Both the position numbers and the translations under genes were made by a program. The notes beneath the pieces were generated by a model. The model did no database searches, had not been told where the DNA came from, and was given only the letters and a program-made list of their open reading frames with translations. From Octopus vulgaris (lineage: Eukaryota), in assembly GCA_951406725.2 (NCBI GenBank), contig OX597814.1, positions 5,952,001 to 6,016,000 of the forward strand: 64,000 nt of DNA, read 5' to 3'. Positions 53,649 through 64,000 of the stretch are shown here, piece after piece. Numbering within the stretch: position 1 is the first letter of the stretch; each line of letters opens with the position of its first letter.

Positions 53649-54206
53649 AAAGGGAGCCTCTCTCGACAACAAGACAAACAAAAATTTCGATGATTGCCTA
53701 CATGGTAAACAAAGCGATAATGAGTGTTTTTTAAAAAAACCGTTAGAAGAATTGACGTCAATTCTAACAGTTTTTTTAAAAAAACACTCATTATCGCTTT
53801 GTTTACCATGTAGGCAATCATCGAAATTGTATAGAAATATTTTATATTGTATAGAAATATTTTACAAAATATATCTTGTGTTCTTTACACTTGGCATAAA
53901 GGTCATATATCTTATAAGCTGGAAGGGAGTTCAATCCTTGCTGCAGAATTATTTCTTTCGCTTTGTCTGCCATTGGTGGACATTTTTAGTGACAGAAACA
54001 AATTTGAAACAAATACGGAATAACACAAGACTGCGAATTCCATTCCAAATTGCCAGAAATCTGGTTAACTGAGTGAAGTGTGGTGCTGCATTCAAGTAAT
54101 TGCAGAATAGTTGACAGATACTTTGTCTCAACAATGCGTGCTGAGCACTGGTTGGAACCAGTTAAAAGAGCAACAGAAATACACAAAGCAGAATGATGTA
54201 GCAGTA

Positions 54207-54269
<63 letters not shown>

Positions 54270-54290
54270 ACAATGATAATGATAATGATG

Positions 54291-54335
<45 letters not shown>

Positions 54336-54344
54336 GTAATAGTA

Positions 54345-54393
<49 letters not shown>

Positions 54394-57068
54394 TAATAAT
54401 AATAATAATAATACACAATGATGATTCAACCATTTTTACTCGTGCTTTCTTTGTTGTGGAGAAGTTTGGTAAAATCTTGTCACCATGTTCTTGGATTCTG
54501 ACTGCAATAAAAGATTTTATTAGATAAAGATGTATTTAAGCAACCTGTGAGTATTTGATTTGTAAAGTCCAATAGAATAAGAGGTGGACACCAGTAGACA
54601 TTGATATTCTTTGGGAGATCAATCAATATAAAAAAGAAAGGAAAAGAATCAAGAAATAAAATAAAATATTTAACAAAAAAGAATGAAGAAGAGTAATCGA
54701 AGATTTTGGTAAGAAATCAAAGGATTTTATTGTAATAAGAGAATGGCTGCGATTAAATAGAATGGGCAATTCTTTGAAGTGTGTTCAATATGTATTAATA
54801 TTGATTAGTTTTTTTCTCTTTTATTCTCTTTTACTTGTTTCAGTCATTTGACTGCGGCCATGCTGGAGCACCGCCTTTAATCGAGCAACTCGGCCCCGGG
54901 ACTTATTCTTTGTAAGCCCAGTACTTATTCTATCGGTCTCTTTTGCCGAACCGCTAAGTGACGGGGACATAAACACACCAGCATCGGTTGTCAAGCAATG
55001 CTAGGGGGACAAACACAGACACACAAACATATACACACACACACATATATATATACATATATACGACAGGCTTCTTTCAGTTTCCGTCTACCAAATACAC
55101 TCACAAGGCTTTGGTCGGCCCGAGGCTATAGTAGAAGACACTTGCCCAAGGTGCCACGCAGTGGGACTGAACCCGGAACCATGTGGTTGGTAAACAAGCT
55201 ACTTACCACACAGCCACTCCTGCACTTATATAGAAATGGCTAATTCTTTAGGCTTGGAATGAGATTCATTTTTTTTTTTTAAATAGATAAGTAAATGATA
55301 TACTGAGTTGTCTGAGGTTAGCGGTTCAAACCCTGAGCAAGATGTTGTGTTTCTAGACTGGACCACTTACTTTGTGTCTCAGAGGAATACAGCTGGCAGA
55401 ACATTTTGAGCCCTTTGTTACCATATTTTGGTTGAAATCCGCTGTCTTTGTTTCGTTTAATTTTGAAAACAATGAAGAACTTTAGAAATATAATTTTGCC
55501 AATGTGAAGTTGGCACTGAGAAGATAAATTACCAGGAATTTTTGATGGCAGGTTTTCATTGAGATCAAACAGGAATATTGTATCCTTGAACCCAGGGGCA
55601 GTCTCAAGAAAAGGTTAATTACATAAAAAACACCAAAAGGAATTCATCTGTATCGCATTTATTCCTCTCCTTCACACTTTTTTGCCTTCCATCATTTCTA
55701 CCACACAGTTTTTGTTTTCTAAGCCTCTTATCCTTTTACCATGTATCGGTTCCCAAAATAATGTCACCATTTTTTTCCTCCAAAAGTGTCCTACAAACTT
55801 AAGTCCATGCTGTTTGATGGTTTCTTTTAATCATCTTCATCATCATTTAACATCTGTTTCCCATGCTAGCATGAGATGCATGGTTTGACAGATGCTGGCA
55901 AGGTGAGAAGCTGCACCACGTTCCATTTTCTATTTTGACATGGTTTCTATAGCTGCAAGCTCTTCCTAATGCCAACCATTTTACAGAACAGACTGGGTGT
56001 CTTTTACATGGCACCAGCAGCAGCAAGTGGAGGCACAATGGCCCAGTGGTTAGAGCAGCGGACTCGCGGTCGGAGGATTGCAGTTTCGATTCCCAGACTG
56101 GGCATTGTGTGTGTTTATTGAGTGAAAACACCTAAAAACTCCACGAGGCTTCAGCAGGGGGTGGTGGCGACCCCTGTTGTACTCTTTTGTTCCAACTTTC
56201 TCTCACTCTTTCTTCCTGTTTCTTGTCCCCGACTTCCTACGCAACCGCTGAGCCTGGATGCGCATTCATCCATCCGTCGATGCTCTCGGTGTTGTGGGTT
56301 GACCTGTTTTCTCTTCTGCGGGTTTTACGAATAGCAAAGGACCACAATTTGGACTTCTCCCATCTTGCGAGCTCTGGGACGAAGACCGCTTTGCTCAACA
56401 AAAACAGCACCAACTGTCACAAAGGAGAGTATATCCACTGATAGCTTTTTTGGTGCATTCAAAAATTACATACCCACCACCTACATATCCAAGACAAGGG
56501 TAGGGCCTGGAATCTTCCAAACAGAAGCATGACATGTCAGTCGAATTCACCTTTCATTTACTCCACAAATGTTTTGTCATCAATGCTGCACTTCTCCACA
56601 TCATATTGCAGCTTCAACGTACCATGTATACAAACTATGCCGTTTAAATCCCAGGCAATGCTTTCTCTTGGCCTGCTTTCTCTTCTGCGGGTCTTATGAA
56701 TAGCAAAGGACCACGTTTCGGACTTCTCCCATCTGGGATGAAGACCGCTTCGCTCAACAAACAAACAAACAAACCAGCAGCAGCAAGGTCACCGAGTACC
56801 TTGCAAGACAAAAAAATGGTAATATTCCCATTTAATACATAGTTTAGCAAATGTTGCTTTCAAGAAACATTCCCCGCTTTGCTAAACCTCTCAGTTTATG
56901 CTCCGTTTAATCTGTTCTGTGCTACTTTCACAAGAGTCCATCTTCAGATCCAAAAACCAACTCAGAACAGCCATTGAAAGCAAAATAGAACACTACATAA
57001 AAGTCAACATTAAGCAACAGGCTTGATGACAACACTACTACTACTGTTACTACTACTACTACTGTTAT

Positions 57069-57129
<61 letters not shown>

Positions 57130-57479
57130 GCTACTACTAACTACTACAAGGCGGCGAGCTGGCAGAAATGTTAGCACACCAGGCAAAATGTCTTTACGTT
57201 CTGAGTTCAAATTCCGCCGAGGTCGACTTTGCCCTTTGCCCTTCATCCTTTCGGGGTCGATAAATTAAGTACCAATTGAGTACTGTGGTCAATCTAATTG
57301 GCTAGCCCCCCCCCCACCACCACCCCCCACCGAAATTTTCAGGCCTTGTGCCTAAAGTAGAAAAGAATACCACCACCACCACCACCACCACCACCACCAC
57401 CACCACCACCACTACCACCACCACCACCACCACTACTACTACTACTAAACTGAAAGTTGATATTTTCTGTTCCTCACAG

Positions 57480-57555
57480 TCCCGCAATGCGATTGGCTCA
57501 GCCAAGAAGAAGTGGCCCAGCAGAACAATTCCCTTCAAAATCCATTCCTATTTCA
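57480..57555 (+). CDS. Astacin gene B, exon with activation site and mature N-terminus
   Basis: Acceptor cctcacAG, donor a|GTAAGT. Encodes SR|NAIGSAKKKWPSRTIPFKIHSYF, matching astacin R-NA...W..g.iPY. Phase 0 to 1. Confidence 0.92.
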
Positions 57556-58029
57556 GTAAGTACCGCTTCCTCTTATACTTCCGTTTCAGTCTCTTTAATT
57601 TTTGTTTTCCAAATAGTCTCGGATGACTAAATCCTTAAAATACCAAGCAACAAACTCTGAACACACATTGCCATTGTCAACGATTACCAATAACGTCAGG
57701 TGGAAGAAGATGGGGCACAATATGTCCAGGAGTGGCCAATCAGTCCGATGCATGGTCAGAAAGCTCTGCCACAGGTCAAGCACTGGTGTTCTGTTGAGAC
57801 AGGCGGTGAGCTGGCAGAAATGTTAGCACGCCGGGTGAAATGCTTTGCGGTATTTTGTCTACTGTTACGTTCTGAGTTCAAATTCTGCCGAGGTCAACTT
57901 TGCCTTTCATCCTTTCGAGGTCGATAAATTAAGTACCAGTTACGCACTGGGGTCGATATAATCGACTTAATCCCCTTGTTTGTCCCCTCTGTGTTTAGCC
58001 CCTTGTGGGTAGTAAAGAAATAGGTCTGT

Positions 58030-58380
58030 TGAGACATGAACGTGTGGTGTTGGCTCTGGACTTGTGCAGTTCACATTTATTTTTTGCCGCTGCAATCCTC
58101 TTCTCCTCAAAAGAGGAGGTGGCACCTCTGTCAATGCAGCTTCACCAGATAGGAAAGTCTTGTGCTTGTGTTGTCCAAATGCTGGGGTTGACCTCAAAGC
58201 TGATCAGTGAGGCTTTGCGTGTGTCCACCTTGCATGTGCTTTCCCTCTCCCACTTCTCTGTAAAACAGTTTCTTGGGGTGTTGTGTGTCAGGCATTTGAA
58301 CAAGGTGGCCTACCCACCTGACTTGTGCTCTCCACAGCAGTCTGTAAATGCTTGGCAAATCAGCTCAAGAGGGGAACTCC
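58030..58380 (-). mobile_element. RTE-clade LINE 3' fragment
   Basis: RWVGHLVQMPDTQHPKKLFY, then KASLISFEVNPSIW, matching the RTE pattern W.GH..RM.d.r.PK.lfYGEL. Confidence 0.7.
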
Positions 58381-58384
58381 TTTT

Positions 58385-58482
58385 CATACACACACACATA
58401 CATACATACATACATGCATGCATACATACATACATACATACATACATACATACATACATACATACATACATACATACATACA

Positions 58483-58516
<34 letters not shown>

Positions 58517-58682
58517 CATACATACATACATACATACATACATACATACATTCATACATACATACATACATACATACATACATACATGCATACATACATA
58601 CATACATACATACATACATACATGCATACATACATACATACATACATACATACATACATACATACATACATACATACATTCA

Positions 58683-58716
<34 letters not shown>

Positions 58717-58766
58717 CATACATACATTCATACATACATACATACATACATACATACATACATACA

Positions 58767-58800
<34 letters not shown>
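58385..58800. repeat. (TACA)n microsatellite
   Basis: Directly visible. Other long arrays: (TA)n 3373-3600, 41473-41620, 52970-53346; (TG)n 24006-24255, 37866-38203, 44013-44310; (CA)n 51905-52250. Confidence 0.95.
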
Positions 58801-58801
<1 letters not shown>

Positions 58802-58989
58802 GTATGTATGGTATATATGTATGCATGTATTAGGTGTTAAGAAGGGTGTTGATTCATAGAAACTATGGCAAAGCAAACATTGGCGCCTGCTGTGGCCTTG
58901 CAGCTCACTGGAACCTACCAAACTGGCCACCCCATGCCAACATGGGAAGTGAATGATGATGATGATGATGATGTATACATACATACACG

Positions 58990-59030
<41 letters not shown>

Positions 59031-59459
59031 GTGTGTATGTGTGAGAGTAGTCTAAAAGTCTATATGTCATAATGAGAGCATAGTGAATGCTTTTACATGC
59101 CAGTGGCACAGGTGCCACTTGCATGGCACTGCTATCTGCCATGACTGCGTTTTTGCTCAGCTTGATGGCTCTTCTTCTCAAGCAAGACATAATGCCACAG
59201 ATGTCAGTCATTGGCGCCATGAGGCTCAACACTCGAAAAGAGCTTTTCACATGCCATTGGCATCAGCCACTTTATCTCCGTGAGGCCCAATGCTTGAAAG
59301 GCGCTTTTTATATTCCCCCAGCTTGGGTGCCACTTACATAACACCAGCATCTGTCACGACTACGATTTCACTTGGTTTGACAGGTCTTCTCAAGCACAGT
59401 GCATTGCCAAAGGTTTTGGTCACCAGTCATTGCTTCTGTATCATCATCATCACCACCAC

Positions 59460-59503
<44 letters not shown>

Positions 59504-59523
59504 CCATCATCTTTCATCACCAC

Positions 59524-59573
<50 letters not shown>

Positions 59574-60380
59574 CCACCACCACCACCACCATCATTATCA
59601 TCATTGTTTAACGTCTGCTTTCCATGCTGGCATGGGTTGGATGGTTTGACTGGGAGCTGGCAAGCCAGGAGGCCACACCAGGCTCCAGTCTGATCAAGCA
59701 GAGATTCTACAGCTGGATGCCCTTCCTAATGCCAATCACTCCGAGAGTGTACTGAGTGATTTTACGTGCCACTGGCACGAGGGCCAGTCAGGCGGTATTG
59801 ACAATGGCTACGCTCAAATGGTATTTTTTATGTGCCACCTGCACAGGAGCCTGTCCAGTGGCACTGGCAACAACCTCGCTCGAATGTTGTTTTTCATGTG
59901 CCACAGGCACAAGTGCCAGTAAGGCGACACTGGTAACGATCATATAGATATATATATCTTTTGTGAGGGTATTAAAATTAATTTCAACGATAGGCGTAGC
60001 TGTGTGGTAAGAAGCTTGCTTCCCAACCACATGGTTTCAGGTTCAGTCCCACTGCATGACATCTTGGACAAGTGCCTCCTTCTATAACCTCAGGCCAATC
60101 AGAGCTTTTTGAGTAGATTTGGTAGATGGAAACTGAAAGAAGCCTGTCATTTATATATTTTTGTGTGTGTTTGTCCCCCACCGTCGCTTGACAACTGACG
60201 TTGGTGTGTTTATGTCCCTCTAACATTAGTGGTTCAGCAAAAGAAACCAATAGAATAAGTACTAGGCTTCCTAAGAAGAATTCCTGGGGTCGATTTCTTC
60301 AGCTAAAACCTTTTACCATCTCTGGAGCTTGCTGAATCTTCTTTCAAATTAGTGTTGCTTTTCTGTTATCTGTTAATACA

Positions 60381-60846
60381 GCCACCACCACCACCACCAC
60401 CACTACCACTGAACCACCACCACTACCACCACCAACACCACCACCACCACCAACAGCAAACTACCACCACCACCATCACCACTACTGCCACCACCACCAC
60501 TAACCCCTACCCCCCCCCCCCCACCACCACCAACAGCAAACTACCACCACCACCACCAAACCACCCCCACCACCACTAGCCCCTACCCCCACCACCGACA
60601 CCAAACTACCACCACCATCACCACCACCACCACCACCACCACCACCACCACCACCACCACCACCACCACCACCACCATCACCACCAAACCACCACCACCA
60701 TACCACCACCACCACCATACCACCACCACCACCACCACCACCATCACCACCACCACCAAACCACCACCACCACCACCACCAAACCACCACCACCACCACC
60801 ACCACCACCACCACCACCACCACCACCACCACAACAACAACAACAC
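60381..60846. repeat. (CAC)n trinucleotide array
   Basis: Directly visible; ends about 75 nt before the 60921 exon. Confidence 0.95.
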
Positions 60847-60920
60847 TATTGATTCCTGTTTTATACACACACAGACCTCATTGCACAGAGCTGACCTTCA
60901 TCAATTTCTCTCTTCCACAG

Positions 60921-61056
60921 GTAAATACGACAAAAAAGAGTTTGTGGCTGCCATGAATCACATTGAACAGATGTCGAGCCTGAACGGCAAGAACTGCATT
61001 ACGTTCGTCAACTGGACAAATGAAGATGCTTACATGTTTTTTGCCACCGGAAAAGG
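60921..61056 (+). CDS. Astacin gene B, catalytic-domain exon (gene continues beyond window)
   Basis: Acceptor ttccacAG, donor gg|GTAAGG. Encodes SKYDKKEFVAAMNHIEQMSSLNGKNCITFVNWTNEDAYMFFATGK(G), matching astacin AM..ie...CixF..r.ne.dy.f..g.G. Ends in phase 2, the phase at which the zinc-motif exon of gene A begins. Confidence 0.92.
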
Positions 61057-61833
61057 GTAAGGAGATTTCAATGCCAAACCTATAATTAGGATAAGCACAG
61101 GTAATGTCAGGATGGTAGTGGTGGTTTGGTGGACAGCTACAGAATTGGACAAAATGGCTTCTGTCTAGTTTCAGTTCTTCAAGTTCTGAGTTTAAAGCTT
61201 GGTTAGTAACATGCGTACACACATGTATGTGTATATGGGGAAGCACTCCATCGGTTACGACGATGAGGGTTCCGGTTGATCCGAATCATTGGAACAGCCT
61301 GCTCGTGAAATTAACGTGTAAGTGGCTGAGCACTCCACAGACACGTGTACCCTTAACATAGTTCTCAGGGATATTCAGCGTGACACAGAGAGTGACAAGG
61401 CCGGCCCCTTGAAATACAGGTACAACAGAAACAGGAAGTAAGAGTGGAGTGAGAGAAAGATGAGGCGAAAGAGTACAACAGGGGTCGCCACCACCCCCTG
61501 CCGGAGCCTCGTGGAGCTTTCGGTGTTTTCGCTCAATAAACACACACAACGCCCGGTCTGGGAATCGAAACTGCGATCCTCCGACTGCGAGTCCGCTGCC
61601 CTAACCACTGGGCCATTGCGCCTCCACATGTGTATATATACGTATATACATATATATATATAGGCGCAGGAGTGGCTGTTTGGTAAGTAGCTTGTTAACC
61701 AACCACATAGTTGCGGGTTCAGTCCCACTGCGCGGCATCTTGGGCAAGTGTCTTCTGCTAAAGCCCCGGGCTGACCAATGCCTTGTGAGTGGATTTGGTA
61801 GACGGAAACTGAAAGAAGCCTGTCGTATATATG

Positions 61834-61868
<35 letters not shown>

Positions 61869-62156
61869 TTGTGTGTCTGTGTTTGTCCCCCTAGCATTGC
61901 TTGACAACCGATGCTGGTGTGTTTACGTTCCCGTCACTTAGCGGTTCGGCAAAAGAGGCCGATAGAATAAGTACTGGGCTTACAAAGAATAAGTCCCGGG
62001 GTTGATTTGCTCGACTAAAGGCAGTGCTCCAGCATGGCCGCAGTCAAATGACTGAAACAAGTAAAAGAGTAAAAGAGAGAGTATATACATAAATAATAAT
62101 AATAAGTGGCCAGCAAGCATGATGAAGCAGGCATCAGCCTAGTCCCAGGCAGTAAG

Positions 62157-62213
62157 ACTCACTGATGAGAACTAAGAGTAATATCTCAAAGTTTGAAATC
62201 AAGTGATATGGTT
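62157..62213 (+). ncRNA. Type I hammerhead motif, intact core
   Basis: ACTCA-CTGATGA-GAACT(aaGAGtaatatCTCaa)AGTTT-GAAA-TCA(ag)TGA-TA-TGGTT; helix III is of the same type as in the 45146 copy. Confidence 0.65.
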
Positions 62214-62530
62214 ATATCTGCAAATTCATTTGAGTCTTTTCCCTGCAATGGCTTTTCTACTCATTCCCCGATTTCGTGAGCTTGGTAAACTTTTAGTGAC
62301 ATTGCGGCTTATTTGAGTATTTTTCCACTCCTGTTTCTAGAAACGCTGGTACCATCTGGTATCCTTGATTATAAATTTACATACAGATAGGCATTAGGAA
62401 GGGCATCCAGCCGTAGAAACACTGCCAGATCAGACTGGGCCTGATGCAGCCTTCTGGCTTCACAGACCCCAGTTGAACCGTCCAACCCATGCTAGCATGG
62501 AAAGCGGACGCTAAATGATGATGATGATGA

Positions 62531-62569
<39 letters not shown>

Positions 62570-63335
62570 TATGGCACGTAAAAAGCACCTACCAATCATG
62601 GCCGTTGCCAGCCTCCCCTGGCACCTGTGCCGGTGGCACGTAAAAAGCACCCACTACACTCACGGAGTGGTTGGCGTTAGGAAGGGCATCCAGCTGTAGA
62701 ATCTCTGCCAGATCAGACTGGAGCCTGGTGCAGCCTTCTGGCTTCACAGACCCCAGTTGAACCGTCCAACCCATGCTAGCATGGAAAGCGGATGCTAAAT
62801 GATGATGATGATATATGTATGTGGCTCAGCGGTTTAGGTATTCAGCTCATGATTGGAAGTTTATGAGTTCAATACTCAGCAGTGTGTGTTGTATCCTTCA
62901 CAAAGACACTTTTATCTCACGTTGCTTCAGTCCATTCAACTTCTTGTTACAGAAACAGCTGTTAGCCAAGAAAAGTGATTACATCACTCCTCTTCTTGTG
63001 CCATTCTTTGGTTTACACACACACACACATGCACACACACATATGCACACACACATCCGACTCGTGGCCGATGCCAGCACCGCCTCGACTGGCTTCCGTG
63101 CCGGTGGCACATAAAATGCACCAATCCGACCGTGGCCGTTGCTAGCCTCCCCTGGCACCAGTGCAGGTGGCACGTAAAAAGCACCCACTACACTCACGGA
63201 GTGGTTGGCGTCAGGAAGGGCATCCAGCCGTAGAAACATTGCCAGATAAGACTGGAGCCTGGTGCAGCCTTCTGGCTTCCCAGATCCCCGGTCGAACCGT
63301 CCAACCCATGCTAGCATGGAAAACGGATGTTAAAC

Positions 63336-63403
<68 letters not shown>

Positions 63404-63774
63404 CATATGCAGACATGTGCGTGTATGCGTATGTTAAACTTTTCCAAGGAAGAGGTCAACAGTGACTTCAAAAACTTGGCTTGCTTGTCTTCATCAGACT
63501 GTGCTTTATTTGGGTTCTGTTTTTTTTTTTTTCTGGCATTATATAGTCTTTGGCTCTACATTCTGAGTTCAAATTCTGCCGAGGTTGGCTTTGCCTTTCA
63601 TCCTTTCAGGGTCGACAAATTAAGTACCGGTTGTGTACTGGGATTGATCTAATCTTTTGGCACCCTCCCCAAAAATTTTGGGCCTTGTGTCAAGAGTAGA
63701 AAAGAATATTTTTAAAAAGGTGGCGAGCTGGCAGAAATGTTAGCATGCTGGGTGAGATGCTTAGTGGTATTTCA

Positions 63775-64000
63775 TTTGTTTGTGTGGCACAGTGCAAAGT
63801 CCTGTTGCCAGACAAAGGGTCTACCAGCTGTCAGCCCATTGCCCAAAGGCAGCACTACCTCCTCCAGGCACTTGATGTAGGTCTCCGTGTTGATTCTGAG
63901 ATTGGTCCTCATCGCTCCATCCCATGTCTTCTTGGGTCTCCCTCTTCCGCAGGTACCCTCCACGTTCAATGATCAGCACTTCTTTATACAACTGTCCTCA
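63775..64000 (-). mobile_element. Tc1/mariner transposase fragment abutting an RTE 3' fragment
   Basis: LRINTETYIKCLEEVVLP...RPFVWQQDFALCHT (DDE second Asp region, about 63775-63900); LNVEGTCGRGRPKKTW (RTE C-terminus, about 63915-64000). Confidence 0.6.

Noticed and set aside
57623-57800. Short ORF with RC..KLC, reminiscent of a piggyBac C-terminal domain
   Set aside because: Too short and too weak to support a call.

Overview
AT-rich, microsatellite- and transposon-saturated eukaryotic DNA; the SINE and microsatellite content suggests a coleoid cephalopod, probably Octopus (inference). Two tandem + strand astacin (M12A) metalloprotease genes were reconstructed by hand from splice sites and reading phases. 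Gene A is the 3' part: zinc-motif exon 433-608 through a MAM domain ending at stop 16554. Gene B is the 5' part: signal peptide, prodomain microexons and start of the catalytic domain, 40771-61056, continuing past the window. Introns and the intergenic region hold decayed Penelope-like elements (PLEs), (TAA)n-embedded R4/Dong-type LINEs, CR1/L2 and RTE fragments, Tc1 relics, a non-autonomous Helitron and several SINE families. The most unexpected signal is about a dozen type I hammerhead-ribozyme folds from several unrelated repeat families. Two families replace the C3:G8 core pair with the compensatory A3:U8 or G3:C8. Several folds are tied to long fold-back hairpins, and one lies in a tRNA-headed element. 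All RNA folds were read by eye and none has been tested.
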